Assembly: GCA_016188605.1 (NCBI GenBank)
Contig: JACPHP010000012.1
Location: 149 to 64,148, forward strand
DNA from: Candidatus Spechtbacteria bacterium
GTDB lineage: Bacteria > Patescibacteriota > Minisyncoccia > Spechtbacterales > JACPHP01
Direction of reading: 5' to 3'
Length of the DNA: 64,000 nt
Shown: positions 9,936 through 18,800 of the stretch, piece by piece
How the letters are laid out: the number at the start of each line of letters is the position of its first letter
Position numbering within the stretch: the stretch's first letter is position 1
The notes under the pieces: generated by a model
The model's database searches: none
What the model saw: the letters and a program-made list of their open reading frames with translations, nothing else
Told to the model about the DNA's origin: nothing
Translations under genes and position numbers: made by a program

Positions 9936-10712
9936 CTATTTTAACAAAGCCTCTGCGGCGCTCACTGCTCGTAAAACAGCATCGTAGTCCCCCTCGGCAT
10001 AAAACTTTTCTGCTTCTTTCGCGATATAAATAACTGATTCATTGCCGTTTTCCTGCGCTTCAACCCAGACACGATTCAACCGTTCGCGCAAAAATGTACG
10101 GAAAGCCGTAGCGGTATCATCGCCGTACAATTCAAGAGAACTCAAGCTCTGTGAGAAAGCAGGGCTATCTGATTTTCTTACTTGCGTTTGCGTGTTAGAT
10201 GAACTCGTATTCACGTTCGCGCCATTTGCGGAAGCAACGTATTTTTTCGCCTTATTAAGCGCGGTGGCAGTACGTGGTTCTGACGCGCCTTGATTGTCTG
10301 GGGCAACTTCTTGAATTACGTTAATTACGTTGCCAGTCGCGTTATGAGAAATTCTTGCGATATCTATCTGCGTGGAAACCGCGGGCTGAAACCCGCCTGA
10401 CACAAAAACCATTATCGCAAAACCTCCTGTCAGCATGCTCATTGTCATGGCAAACGCGCCAGACGGAAGGGGGCGAAATACCCAATTCATCGCGTGAGCG
10501 AGGGAGAAAGCAGAAATACGTTCACGCTCTTCAATGGCCTGGCTTGCCATAGCAAAAATTCGAGCTTTTTCTTGCTCTTTCCATTGGCTGTCAAGCGTAA
10601 TTGCGCGCAAACTCTTCAATGATTTGATGAGCCGATCGTCGCTTGAACTTGAATTTTGTGATAGTTGTTCAGTGAAATTTTGCATATCTACTAAAGATGA
10701 CGTATGAGGCAC
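9936..10712 (-). CDS. Putative anti-sigma factor: a single-pass membrane protein encoded directly downstream of the ECF sigma gene.
   Basis: It has one TM segment (TGGFAIMVFVSGGF). Its position, co-directional after the sigma-70-family gene, supports the call, but no motif was recognised. Confidence 0.45.
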   Translation of the reverse strand: MPHTSSLVDMQNFTEQLSQNSSSSDDRLIKSLKSLRAITLDSQWKEQEKARIFAMASQAIEERERISAFSLAHAMNWVFRPLPSGAFAMTMSMLTGGFAIMVFVSGGFQPAVSTQIDIARISHNATGNVINVIQEVAPDNQGASEPRTATALNKAKKYVASANGANVNTSSSNTQTQVRKSDSPAFSQSLSSLELYGDDTATAFRTFLRERLNRVWVEAQENGNESVIYIAKEAEKFYAEGDYDAVLRAVSAAEALLK

Positions 10713-10746
10713 ACAAAACGTTACAATCTACCTACAGGAATCCATA

Positions 10747-10788
10747 GGAGGGTCGGTCCGTCCTGCACGCAGGACGGACCGACCCTCC
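10747..10788. repeat. Hairpin with 19-bp arms (GGAGGGTCGGTCCGTCCTG / CAGGACGGACCGACCCTCC) followed by TTTT. The same arms recur at 12497-12537.
   Basis: Seen directly. Confidence 0.65.
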
Positions 10789-10799
10789 TTTTGGTGTTA

Positions 10800-11375
10800 T
10801 CATTCTAGCTTCAACCTCTCACGAAGGGCATTCACACCCCTATGGGCAATCACCCGCACCGTGCCTTCGGGTTTTCCGACAATATCCGCAATATCGCTAA
10901 ACGGCAGGTCTTCCAAGTAATGCAGGGTAACAATTTCCGCCGTTTCTTCGCCGATTTCTGACAATGCCTGGCGTATACGCGCTATATCAAGAGAGTTTTC
11001 TACGTCTATGTTTATAGCATGCGCTTCGTCTATGCCGCCATGTGTTTCTGGGGCAGCCAACATATCTTCGTACGATACTGTGGGTCGCTGTTTGCGATAG
11101 TAGTCAATCAGGCAATTACGCGCTGTTTTATACAAAAACGCGCGAACGTTTTGAATGCCGCCTAGCGATGTGAGTACGGACGATTCCTGCGCGATAAAAA
11201 CGGCTTTATGCCCATTTTTAGATATCAGATAATTCCACATTCTAAGAAATACTTCCGAAGATAAATCCTGCGCAGTCTCCCTCGAATTTGTTTTCAAAAA
11301 CAGGAAACGAAAGATTTGATCGGCGTACTCGTCGTAAACGCGAGAAAAAAGTTGTTGAAATTGCCTATCTGTCAT
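10800..11375 (-). CDS. ECF-type RNA polymerase sigma factor (sigma-70 family regions 2 and 4).
   Basis: Region 2 is FLFLKTNSRETAQDLSSEVFLRMW. Region 4 is LPFSDIADIVGKPEGTVRVIAHRGVNALRERL. Confidence 0.85.
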   Translation of the reverse strand: MTDRQFQQLFSRVYDEYADQIFRFLFLKTNSRETAQDLSSEVFLRMWNYLISKNGHKAVFIAQESSVLTSLGGIQNVRAFLYKTARNCLIDYYRKQRPTVSYEDMLAAPETHGGIDEAHAINIDVENSLDIARIRQALSEIGEETAEIVTLHYLEDLPFSDIADIVGKPEGTVRVIAHRGVNALRERLKLE

Positions 11376-11380
11376 TCGTG

Positions 11381-11520
11381 ATTATAGACATTTAATGACA
11401 TTTACTGACATTTTATAATGCGATTATAGACATTTAATGACATTTTGTAGACATAGTTAATGACATTTACTGACATTTATATTTTAAGCAAAATGTCAGT
11501 AAATGTCATTAAATGTCTAT
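11381..11520. promoter_or_regulatory. Three copies of a 31-bp element (ATAGACATTTAATGACATTTACTGACATTTT): two direct (one interrupted) and one inverted. They abut the sigma factor start codon.
   Basis: Direct copies lie at 11385-11415 and 11428-11479; the inverted copy lies at 11490-11520. The recurring core is TGACATTTA. Confidence 0.5.
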
Positions 11521-11608
11521 TAACGAACTAAATTTTAGATAGAGATGACAATAGATATTGCTCCGGGGTGACTGAGCGAGGGTCTGAGACACAGAACAGT
11601 GTCTGTTG

Positions 11609-11631
11609 CCCCCCCCCCCCCCCCCCCCCCC
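11609..11631. repeat. Homopolymeric C23 tract.
   Basis: It lies between the stop of 11653..12303 and the sigma factor promoter region. It could be a slipped-strand site or an assembly artefact. Confidence 0.6.
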
Positions 11632-11652
11632 AGTTATTTACAAAAATATAAA

Positions 11653-12303
11653 CTATCCCGCAATATAATATTCCCGATTGCGCGTGCCTCCTCTCCTTTT
11701 TATCAAACGCATCTCCTCAAGCTTTTCAATATCCCGCAAAATCGTACGGGGATGCACGTTGGAAAATTTGACAAAAAAGGCTGTGGGGGGAGCCGGCCCC
11801 TCTTCTTTAATTCTCGTTAAAAGTTTTTTCTGCCGAAGATTAAGCAAGTCCGCGGAAGAATCCATCTCAACCACTGAAAAAGATTCTTGTAATCGTCGTT
11901 TGGAGGATTTTCGTTTTCTCGCTAACACGTCTTCGTTTAACGATATGCTGGCCAGCCGCTCTTCCTGCAGTTTTTTTTCTAAATCCTTATAAGCACGGAT
12001 GAGAATCTCAAAATTGCGCCCATTCACCCATTTCTGGCTTTTGGCTATATCTATAAAAGCGTAAAGAACGTCAAATTGTTTTACCGATTCTCTCAAAGAA
12101 GAATGCTTTGCCCCATTGTTATCATCTTTTATTTCGGGAGAGAGAATTTGATTTTCAGCAAAAATGACAAGGGGAATGATATTCAAGCTTGCCTCTCTCA
12201 ATTTGAACCGCAAAGGTTCTTCTTTTGGGAAAAGCTCTGTTACGCGATAAAGCGCCGAACACAGTTTGAGTGCTTCTTGAATCATGCTTCTCTTATACCC
12301 CAT
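11653..12303 (-). CDS. Putative regulator: an N-terminal four-helix-bundle (TIGR02436-like) domain fused to a C-terminal winged-helix DNA-binding domain.
   Basis: The N-terminal sequence ALKLCSALYRVTELFPKEE..RFKLREASLN resembles four-helix-bundle proteins. The C-terminus has an HTH-like LRDIEKLEEMRLIKRRGGTRNREY. Confidence 0.45.
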   Translation of the reverse strand: MGYKRSMIQEALKLCSALYRVTELFPKEEPLRFKLREASLNIIPLVIFAENQILSPEIKDDNNGAKHSSLRESVKQFDVLYAFIDIAKSQKWVNGRNFEILIRAYKDLEKKLQEERLASISLNEDVLARKRKSSKRRLQESFSVVEMDSSADLLNLRQKKLLTRIKEEGPAPPTAFFVKFSNVHPRTILRDIEKLEEMRLIKRRGGTRNREYYIAG

Positions 12304-12496
12304 ATAGCAAATAAGTGTCTATGGTCTATGGCTAGCCCGACCGAATACCAAAAAGTCCCCTTCTAATACAAGAGGACTATGAAACTATAGCACGAATACA
12401 GAAAAATACAAGCTTTCTATAACGTAACTGCTCATACCCTCTCATAAATTGGGGGGTGAGCAGTGACTTCTATAACTACTTCAGGACGGACTACTT

Positions 12497-12537
12497 CAGG
12501 ACGGACCGACCCTCCTGCGGAGGGTCGGTCCGTCCTG
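12497..12537. repeat. Second copy of the 19-bp-arm hairpin, preceded by a short direct repeat of CTTCAGGACGGA.
   Basis: Seen directly. Its arms are identical to those at 10747-10788. Confidence 0.65.
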
Positions 12538-12576
12538 AAGACCATATTAAACACATATTAAAACATTAGCTTATCG

Positions 12577-14322
12577 CTATATTCTTAAAATATTTCCTGT
12601 TTTATACCAAACAAACTCCCGCGCATTTACTGTAAAAACCGCGCTCCATGCACGACCACTTGCTTCAAACCGTTGAGGTGTCATATTAAGCCACTGTTTT
12701 GTTCCCGATCCCGCAAGCGTAACTTCATATATACGAAAATCCCCGGCTTTTTGTATGAGGAAACTTTCCTTATATCGCTGAAGCTCCTCCTCGGTTACTT
12801 CAACAATGTTCTCCCAACGCAAATGACCGTACATAGCCATAATCTGCGGAGACTGAATCCACCGCCTATAAAAACCATTGACCACATACACTTTTGTTGT
12901 CCCCTTCGCGCGAATAAGATCACCGTCGCGAATGACGCGCGGGGAAACGGCGGGGGGTTGAACATCCGTAAGATTAACAGAAATAGCGAGTATACGATAA
13001 ACCCCCAACTTCTCACGCCCCCTTATTTCCGTATGGCTTGCGGGAATAATAACAACAGAGCTTACATCATCCATAAAATCAGAAACGCGTACGGTCATTT
13101 TGCCTTCGCGCGTTTCGCTGTAAGAAATACGCGTCTCCCCCGTCAACAAAGTGGTAATAACTGGTACGCGAACATAATCATTATCTATGTGGGTGCGCAA
13201 AGAAATCTCCAAAACTTCAACCTTTTTTCCTTCTAAAAGTGAGGGAATAAAACGATACCATTGCGGTTGAAAATCCTGAAAAGCAGAATTTGATCCTACG
13301 GCGGGCGTTTGGCTGGAAATTGTATGAGTAACTGGCGGCTGAATATGTAAATTATTATACTGAAGCATAGGTTGAGAATACGCATATCGCCCCGTGCCAT
13401 CTATATCTCTATTTATCAATAAAGCTACTGTCCAATCTTCAAAAACATCGGAGAATGTCCGCGTTTTTCCCAGCGAGGCCAATGCCTGAGTTATTGCTTC
13501 CGCACCCACGTAACGAGAAGAATTTAACTGCTTGAGAAATACTTCTCCGTATTGACCAACAAGATAATGCAAAAACAGAGAAGCGGTAGCATAATCAATC
13601 GGCTCGTCTTCCCACACCAGTAGGGCGTCATTTGGGTTAAGGCGTAAAAGCCGTACGCTTTCTTGCAAACGGCTTCCTTCCCATGCATCATTAAAGCCTG
13701 CCGCGGTGACGGCATATTCGCTCTTTGCCTCGTCAAGCCAACGCTCCTCCTGCACTCCTTGCAATTTTGTCTTTTGATTTAAAGTAATAAGATGCTGGAA
13801 CTCGTGCGCCAATATCGCGCCTGCTTGCGATGAGTTTAACACGCTAGTCGCGCTAACATACAACATTTCACGCTCATTTGAATCATCAAAAAATGATTTT
13901 CCGTATTCATCATTTTTTCTAATATACCCCTCCGCCCTGGCTTTCATGCGCGTAAAATATATGGTTACGCGCGCATCGTTGTCAATTCCCGTATTCCATT
14001 CTCTGCCAAAAACGGCGCGAAGGCGCGGATAAGTGATTTGGTCAAATTCTTGAGCAATCTTTTGCGCGCGAATGGTAAATAAGTCTTGTTGTTCGGAAGC
14101 AAGCGCTCTAAAATATTCGTCTTCTACGTAGATGTAAGTTTGTGAAGAACCCAAAAGGAAACGCGCCTTTTCCTGAGTCTTGCCATCTTCTTCATAAGAA
14201 GAATCTACAAAAAATGTAGTATCTGTCTGCGCATGCAAATAATCAGCGGGATAAAAAGCTGCTGCAAAAATAACTATCGAAATAGCTGTGCGGATAGTAC
14301 TTTTCATGTCTAAAATACTCAT
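12577..14322 (-). CDS. Secreted zinc metalloprotease (HEXXH). Its C-terminal roughly 120-aa module is shared with the N-terminus of the giant surface protein.
   Basis: It has a signal peptide and the motif AHEFQHL. The C-terminal DGDLIRAKGTTKVYVV...YGHLRWENI aligns with DGDLIRATGTNDIYIV...YGHLKWSNV of 5098..9372. Confidence 0.6.
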   Translation of the reverse strand: MSILDMKSTIRTAISIVIFAAAFYPADYLHAQTDTTFFVDSSYEEDGKTQEKARFLLGSSQTYIYVEDEYFRALASEQQDLFTIRAQKIAQEFDQITYPRLRAVFGREWNTGIDNDARVTIYFTRMKARAEGYIRKNDEYGKSFFDDSNEREMLYVSATSVLNSSQAGAILAHEFQHLITLNQKTKLQGVQEERWLDEAKSEYAVTAAGFNDAWEGSRLQESVRLLRLNPNDALLVWEDEPIDYATASLFLHYLVGQYGEVFLKQLNSSRYVGAEAITQALASLGKTRTFSDVFEDWTVALLINRDIDGTGRYAYSQPMLQYNNLHIQPPVTHTISSQTPAVGSNSAFQDFQPQWYRFIPSLLEGKKVEVLEISLRTHIDNDYVRVPVITTLLTGETRISYSETREGKMTVRVSDFMDDVSSVVIIPASHTEIRGREKLGVYRILAISVNLTDVQPPAVSPRVIRDGDLIRAKGTTKVYVVNGFYRRWIQSPQIMAMYGHLRWENIVEVTEEELQRYKESFLIQKAGDFRIYEVTLAGSGTKQWLNMTPQRFEASGRAWSAVFTVNAREFVWYKTGNILRI

Positions 14323-14325
14323 TTT

Positions 14326-15195
14326 TTATATACGTTTCAAAAACGCCCGCGCCTCGTCACCAATCTCACGGTGCTTCATTCCAAACTCCACCGTTGCCTT
14401 GAAAAATCCCAGTTTATTGCCGCAGTCATGCCACACCGCGTCCATTTCATAACCATAAAGCTTTCCCTGTTTCGCTACTGCATCTAAGGCGTCAGCAAAA
14501 TAAATCTCTCCATTTTTCTTTTTAAGCTTTGGAATATACTGGAAAATATCCGGGGTAATTATGAATCGCCCGACGCTGGCAAGCGTAGACGGAGTATCTT
14601 TTGGATCTGGCTTTTCTACCACGCCATGTATTTGGTATGTGCGGTCCCCTATTTTTTTGCCGGAGATCATTCCGTAAAACCTGCTTTGCGATCTTGGAAT
14701 ATCAATCAACCCCATTACCGATTCGTGATACCGCTCAAATGTTTCAATCAACTGGCCAATTGCCGGCTTTCCTTTGGGTGAATCCATCACGTCATCGGCA
14801 TAAAAAAGCGCGAAAGGCTCATCACCCACCAGTCCCCGACCGCGCATCACGGCATCTCCGCTACCGAGCGGCTCGTCCTGATGCACGAAAATAAACTCCG
14901 CTTCTTTGTGGATATGGCGTATGCTTTCAAGCAAAGCTTTCTTTTTCTTGGCGCGAAGCATTTTCTCCAGCTCCAAGTTGCGGCTAAAATGGTCGCCGAT
15001 AATGTGTTTGTTGCTATTGATGACAAAAATAATTGTTTCAATTCCCGCCTCCACCGCCTCTTCCACCAAATACTGCACCACTGGCTTATCTACCAGCGTT
15101 AGCATTTCCTTTGGCTGAGCCTTTGTGGCAGGCAAAAAGCGCGTGCCATAGCCCGCTACTGGGAAAATTGCTTTTCTAACCCTGTTTATTGCCAT
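14326..15195 (-). CDS. galU: UTP--glucose-1-phosphate uridylyltransferase.
   Basis: Contains AIFPVAGYGTRFLPATKAQPKEML; size is 289 aa. Confidence 0.9.
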   Translation of the reverse strand: MAINRVRKAIFPVAGYGTRFLPATKAQPKEMLTLVDKPVVQYLVEEAVEAGIETIIFVINSNKHIIGDHFSRNLELEKMLRAKKKKALLESIRHIHKEAEFIFVHQDEPLGSGDAVMRGRGLVGDEPFALFYADDVMDSPKGKPAIGQLIETFERYHESVMGLIDIPRSQSRFYGMISGKKIGDRTYQIHGVVEKPDPKDTPSTLASVGRFIITPDIFQYIPKLKKKNGEIYFADALDAVAKQGKLYGYEMDAVWHDCGNKLGFFKATVEFGMKHREIGDEARAFLKRI

Positions 15196-15325
15196 AGCTT
15201 GTTTTTAGCTTACATATAGGTGTTTGGTCTAAAAGGGCCAAACACCTATACATTGTGCTCCAAAAACAGGAAAAAGAAAAGACCCACTCCGCACAACTGC
15301 GAACCTAGTGGCGTGAGTGGGTTTT

Positions 15326-15373
15326 GCGAGCGAGGGGGATTTGCGCTTATAAGCGCAAATCCCCCTCGCTCGC
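15326..15373. repeat. Perfect 48-bp palindrome (GCGAGCGAGGGGGATTTGCGCTTA | TAAGCGCAAATCCCCCTCGCTCGC).
   Basis: Seen directly. It lies in the galU upstream region. Other hairpins sit nearby at 15215-15250 and 15403-15426. Confidence 0.7.
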
Positions 15374-15435
15374 TCTCCAAAATTAACTAAAAAAACGCAC
15401 ACGCCGGCTAAAGCCGGCGGTTTCTGACTCTAATG

Positions 15436-15467
15436 AAAAAGCCGCTGAGCGAATCATGCGGCTTTTT
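15436..15467. terminator. Bidirectional terminator (A5-GCCGC-loop-GCGGC-T5).
   Basis: Seen directly. It follows the stop of 15474..15716. Confidence 0.65.
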
Positions 15468-15473
15468 AACTTA

Positions 15474-15716
15474 CTAGGAACAGCTGTTAACGTATGTTGC
15501 TATTTGCAATATAAATGAGTAAGGAGAATAATTTTTACTATCAGCTTCTCTTACAAGCTCGATGAGCATAATCATCAGCAGATCAGTCTGTTCTTTGTTA
15601 AGCATAACATCTTGCTTCACTCCGTCAGCTAGAACATCCAATGTTAATTTTTGAACATTTGTAAGTTTCCCGCTTCCTCTTCCAAAACCTCTAATAAACT
15701 CCGCTGCGTTTCGCAT
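15474..15716 (-). CDS. Hypothetical 80-aa protein.
   Basis: ORF only, between the terminator and the giant gene. Confidence 0.3.
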   Translation of the reverse strand: MRNAAEFIRGFGRGSGKLTNVQKLTLDVLADGVKQDVMLNKEQTDLLMIMLIELVREADSKNYSPYSFILQIATYVNSCS

Positions 15717-15800
15717 TGTAGCCTCCTATTTGCATATTCTACATAAGCACCATCGTAAAAAGTATAGATGTCGTTTTATATTCTTGTCAAATTCATATGG

Positions 15801-18800
15801 CTAATTCCCTAGCACATACATTAACCCGCCATTAGTGATTGCATAAACTAACCCGTCGCCGATTACCAGCGATAGCACCTTGCTATCAAGCTTGTATTGC
15901 CAAACGACCGTAAGCATGTCTGAATTGGCGGAATTGCCATTTCCATTGTTGTTCGTCGCGCTTTTTTGCAGCGCATAAATGTTTCCCGCTTCATCGCCAA
16001 CATACACTTTTCCGCTAGCGTCCGTGGAAACTAAGCTGCTGATATTGGCCGGCGCGGTAAACACAGCTTTGTTAGTCCCCTTGCTTGCGCCCTGCGTATT
16101 GAACAAATAAATTTTATTTTGCTGATATGACGCGCTGTATATTTCGCCGTTACCCGCGACAACTGGCGACTCCTTAAATGAAAGTGAGGGGCTCGCAATC
16201 ACGCTTTTCCATAAATACGCGCCGCCGTTTTGCGTGTCAAACGCGGCAACGCCTGTATTGATTTGGCTTGTTTGAAACTGCGCGTATAGTATGCCGCTAG
16301 CATCCAGACTTGGATCGCCAAGAATATATGTTATGCCGGTTGCGGGCGCGCTCTGCATATTGCGCGACCATAAAATAGCGCCGTCAGACAAAGATAGGAC
16401 TAGGAGCGTAAAATCATTGTTGGGATTTCTAACTATAACGTAAAGATTGTTGGCATCCAAAACGGGGGTACGAATTACACTAGCCGAAGATCCTGTAAAT
16501 CCGCTGATATTTAAAATACTTCCCCAATTGGGTACGGTTGTCCACAAAACAGTTCCGCCCGAGTCAAACGCCATACACTGGCGAAGCGTGCATGCGTACG
16601 CATTTCCTTGAGAATCTGTGATTGGCGAAGTCGCGTCGTGATTGCCGCCGCTTGTCGCCCACGTAATGCCCAACAAAACAGACGCAAGCAAAGAACCATC
16701 TGATGTTTGCAACACATAAAGCTTCCCTTGCGAGTTTGCAGTATTTGCGCCAATCGAAACAACGTACAATTTTTGGCTATCCGGAGAAAGCGCGGGCGCG
16801 CGCAGGTCGGGAGTTGAAATATCGTAATACCAACGCGCGTTACCATTAATATCGTATGAATATACTGAAGACTTACTCCCTACGGTAGTTGTAAGATATG
16901 AATTTCCCTCCGAATCAATCACGGGTTGAGAGATAGAAAAAGAGTATCCGGCAACTTGCATTTGTGATTTTATTTTTGCGTCACTGCTGGCAGACCAAGC
17001 AGGGCCATTTTTCGTGGACTCGTTTGTATGGCGCGCGTTAAAATATTTCATTGCCCAAATAGGCGCTCCGGAAAAATCCGCTTGCGCGGGCGTCGCGTCA
17101 GAATTTGTCGGCGTTGGTATGTCTAGCTGTGTAAAATCTTGCGCGTTGTTATCAGTGTCTTGATGCTGGTCACCGCGACTAATACTTTTATTTAGAGTTG
17201 GCGCTGCTACGGCTGTGTTTTCTTGCAGCGCGGAGGTTACGTCGCCCCATGCCACCGCATCAATGGGGGTTACCGCGCACGGAGTTTGTTTAGCGCATTC
17301 AGGGTCTTGTGAAAAAATCGCGATCGTTCCGCCCGTGTTTGCCAGCTGCGCGCTAGTGTAGGGCTGCCAGTCGGCGTTAGGGTTGTTGTTTGCTGTGTTG
17401 TATCCTTTGAAACCGATAAGATAGTAAGCGCCTGCGGAAATTAAAGCGGCGGAGGGGAATTGCTTGACGCGCCACGGATTGTCCCAGCTTGTTTTGCTGG
17501 TAGAATAGTACGCGAAATAATATCCGTCCAATGAGATATTCGCATCTGTTGGATTGTATAGCTCTACGAATTCAGAATCTCCTGTCTGTATTTCGTTGAT
17601 AACAATATGAAGCGGCAATGGCTGGAAAGAATCTTCGTCGGTTTCGCTGTCATCTTCGTCTAATTCGTCCGGTGATTGAGAAGAATTTCCGTCGTCTTCG
17701 TCTTCGTCTTCATCTTCATCTTCATCGACTTCATTTTCGTCTTCATCATCATCCGAATCTAAAGAGGTATCTGAATCTTCAACAACGGCCGCGTCATCAG
17801 CGGCCGTGTCATCTTCTTGAATCTCTTGAGTCTCTTGGGCAAGCGCCGCGTTTTGCTTGGGATTCGGAGTAATAGTAATAGAAAAGTCTTGCGCGTTATT
17901 ATTTGTATCAGCGTGGCTTGCGCTACGCGCGATACTTTGATTTATTTCCGGGGCGCCAGCCGCTGCCCCTTCAAAAAGGATAGTGTTTCCCCAGCCGACA
18001 GCGTCAATCATTCCTGCCTGCGCGTCTTGCGCGGATTTAGTTGATGGATCAAATGGAAAAACAGCCACGGTGCCTCCGCTATTTGCCAGCTGCGCGCTAG
18101 TATAGGGCTGCCAGTCGGCGTTGGGGTTGCCGCCGGTCGTGACATAATCCTTCAAGCCGATAAGATAATAATCTTGCCCCGATATACTTGCCCCGTCAGG
18201 AAATTGTTTTACGCGATATGGATCGTTCCACGCTGTTTTTGATGAAGAATAATAGGCAAAATAATGACCGGCGAGCAACATTGTTGCGTTGCTTGTATTG
18301 TAAAGCTCAATAAACTCCGCGTCGCCTGTTTGAATTTCATTTATAACAATCGTGGCGGGAGTGGCAGGCGCGGCAGGAGAATTTTGCTGTGTTTGGTTTT
18401 GTGTTTGCTGCGAGGTGTCGTTTTGCTGAGTGTCCTGCGCGGGCGATGAGCCCGCTGTCGGCGCTTCTTGTTCAAAAATATTTACTCCTCCGGGAGTCAT
18501 GGTTTTGGTCACGCGAAAGTCCTGATTGTTGCTGTTTGTATCCGCGCCGGATGGCCAGCGAATAATGCTCGCGGCAGTAAAAGAAACTGGCGCGGCCGAA
18601 CTTCCTTCAAATAATATCGCGTCGCCCCACCCCATAGCGTCAATGCGCGTGGAGCTACTTGTTTTAGGGTCGCCTTTCCAAAGCGCAAATGCGCCGGCGC
18701 TGTTGCCCAGGAGGTCGCTTGTGTAAACGCGCCAATTAAAATGTTCTGAGAAATCGCCAAATGCTATAATATAGTAGCCGCGCGCGGGAATTACGGCATC

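Noticed and set aside
11609-11631. The C23 tract was considered as a definite phase-variation switch.
   Set aside because: It is kept only as a hypothesis. Long homopolymers are also common assembly or polishing artefacts, and no read data are available here.
17618-17872. A GAT/GAA-rich nucleotide periodicity and small plus-strand ORFs were examined.
   Set aside because: It is the coding sequence of the poly-Asp/Glu linker of the giant hydrolase on the minus strand. It is not a repeat array or a separate gene.
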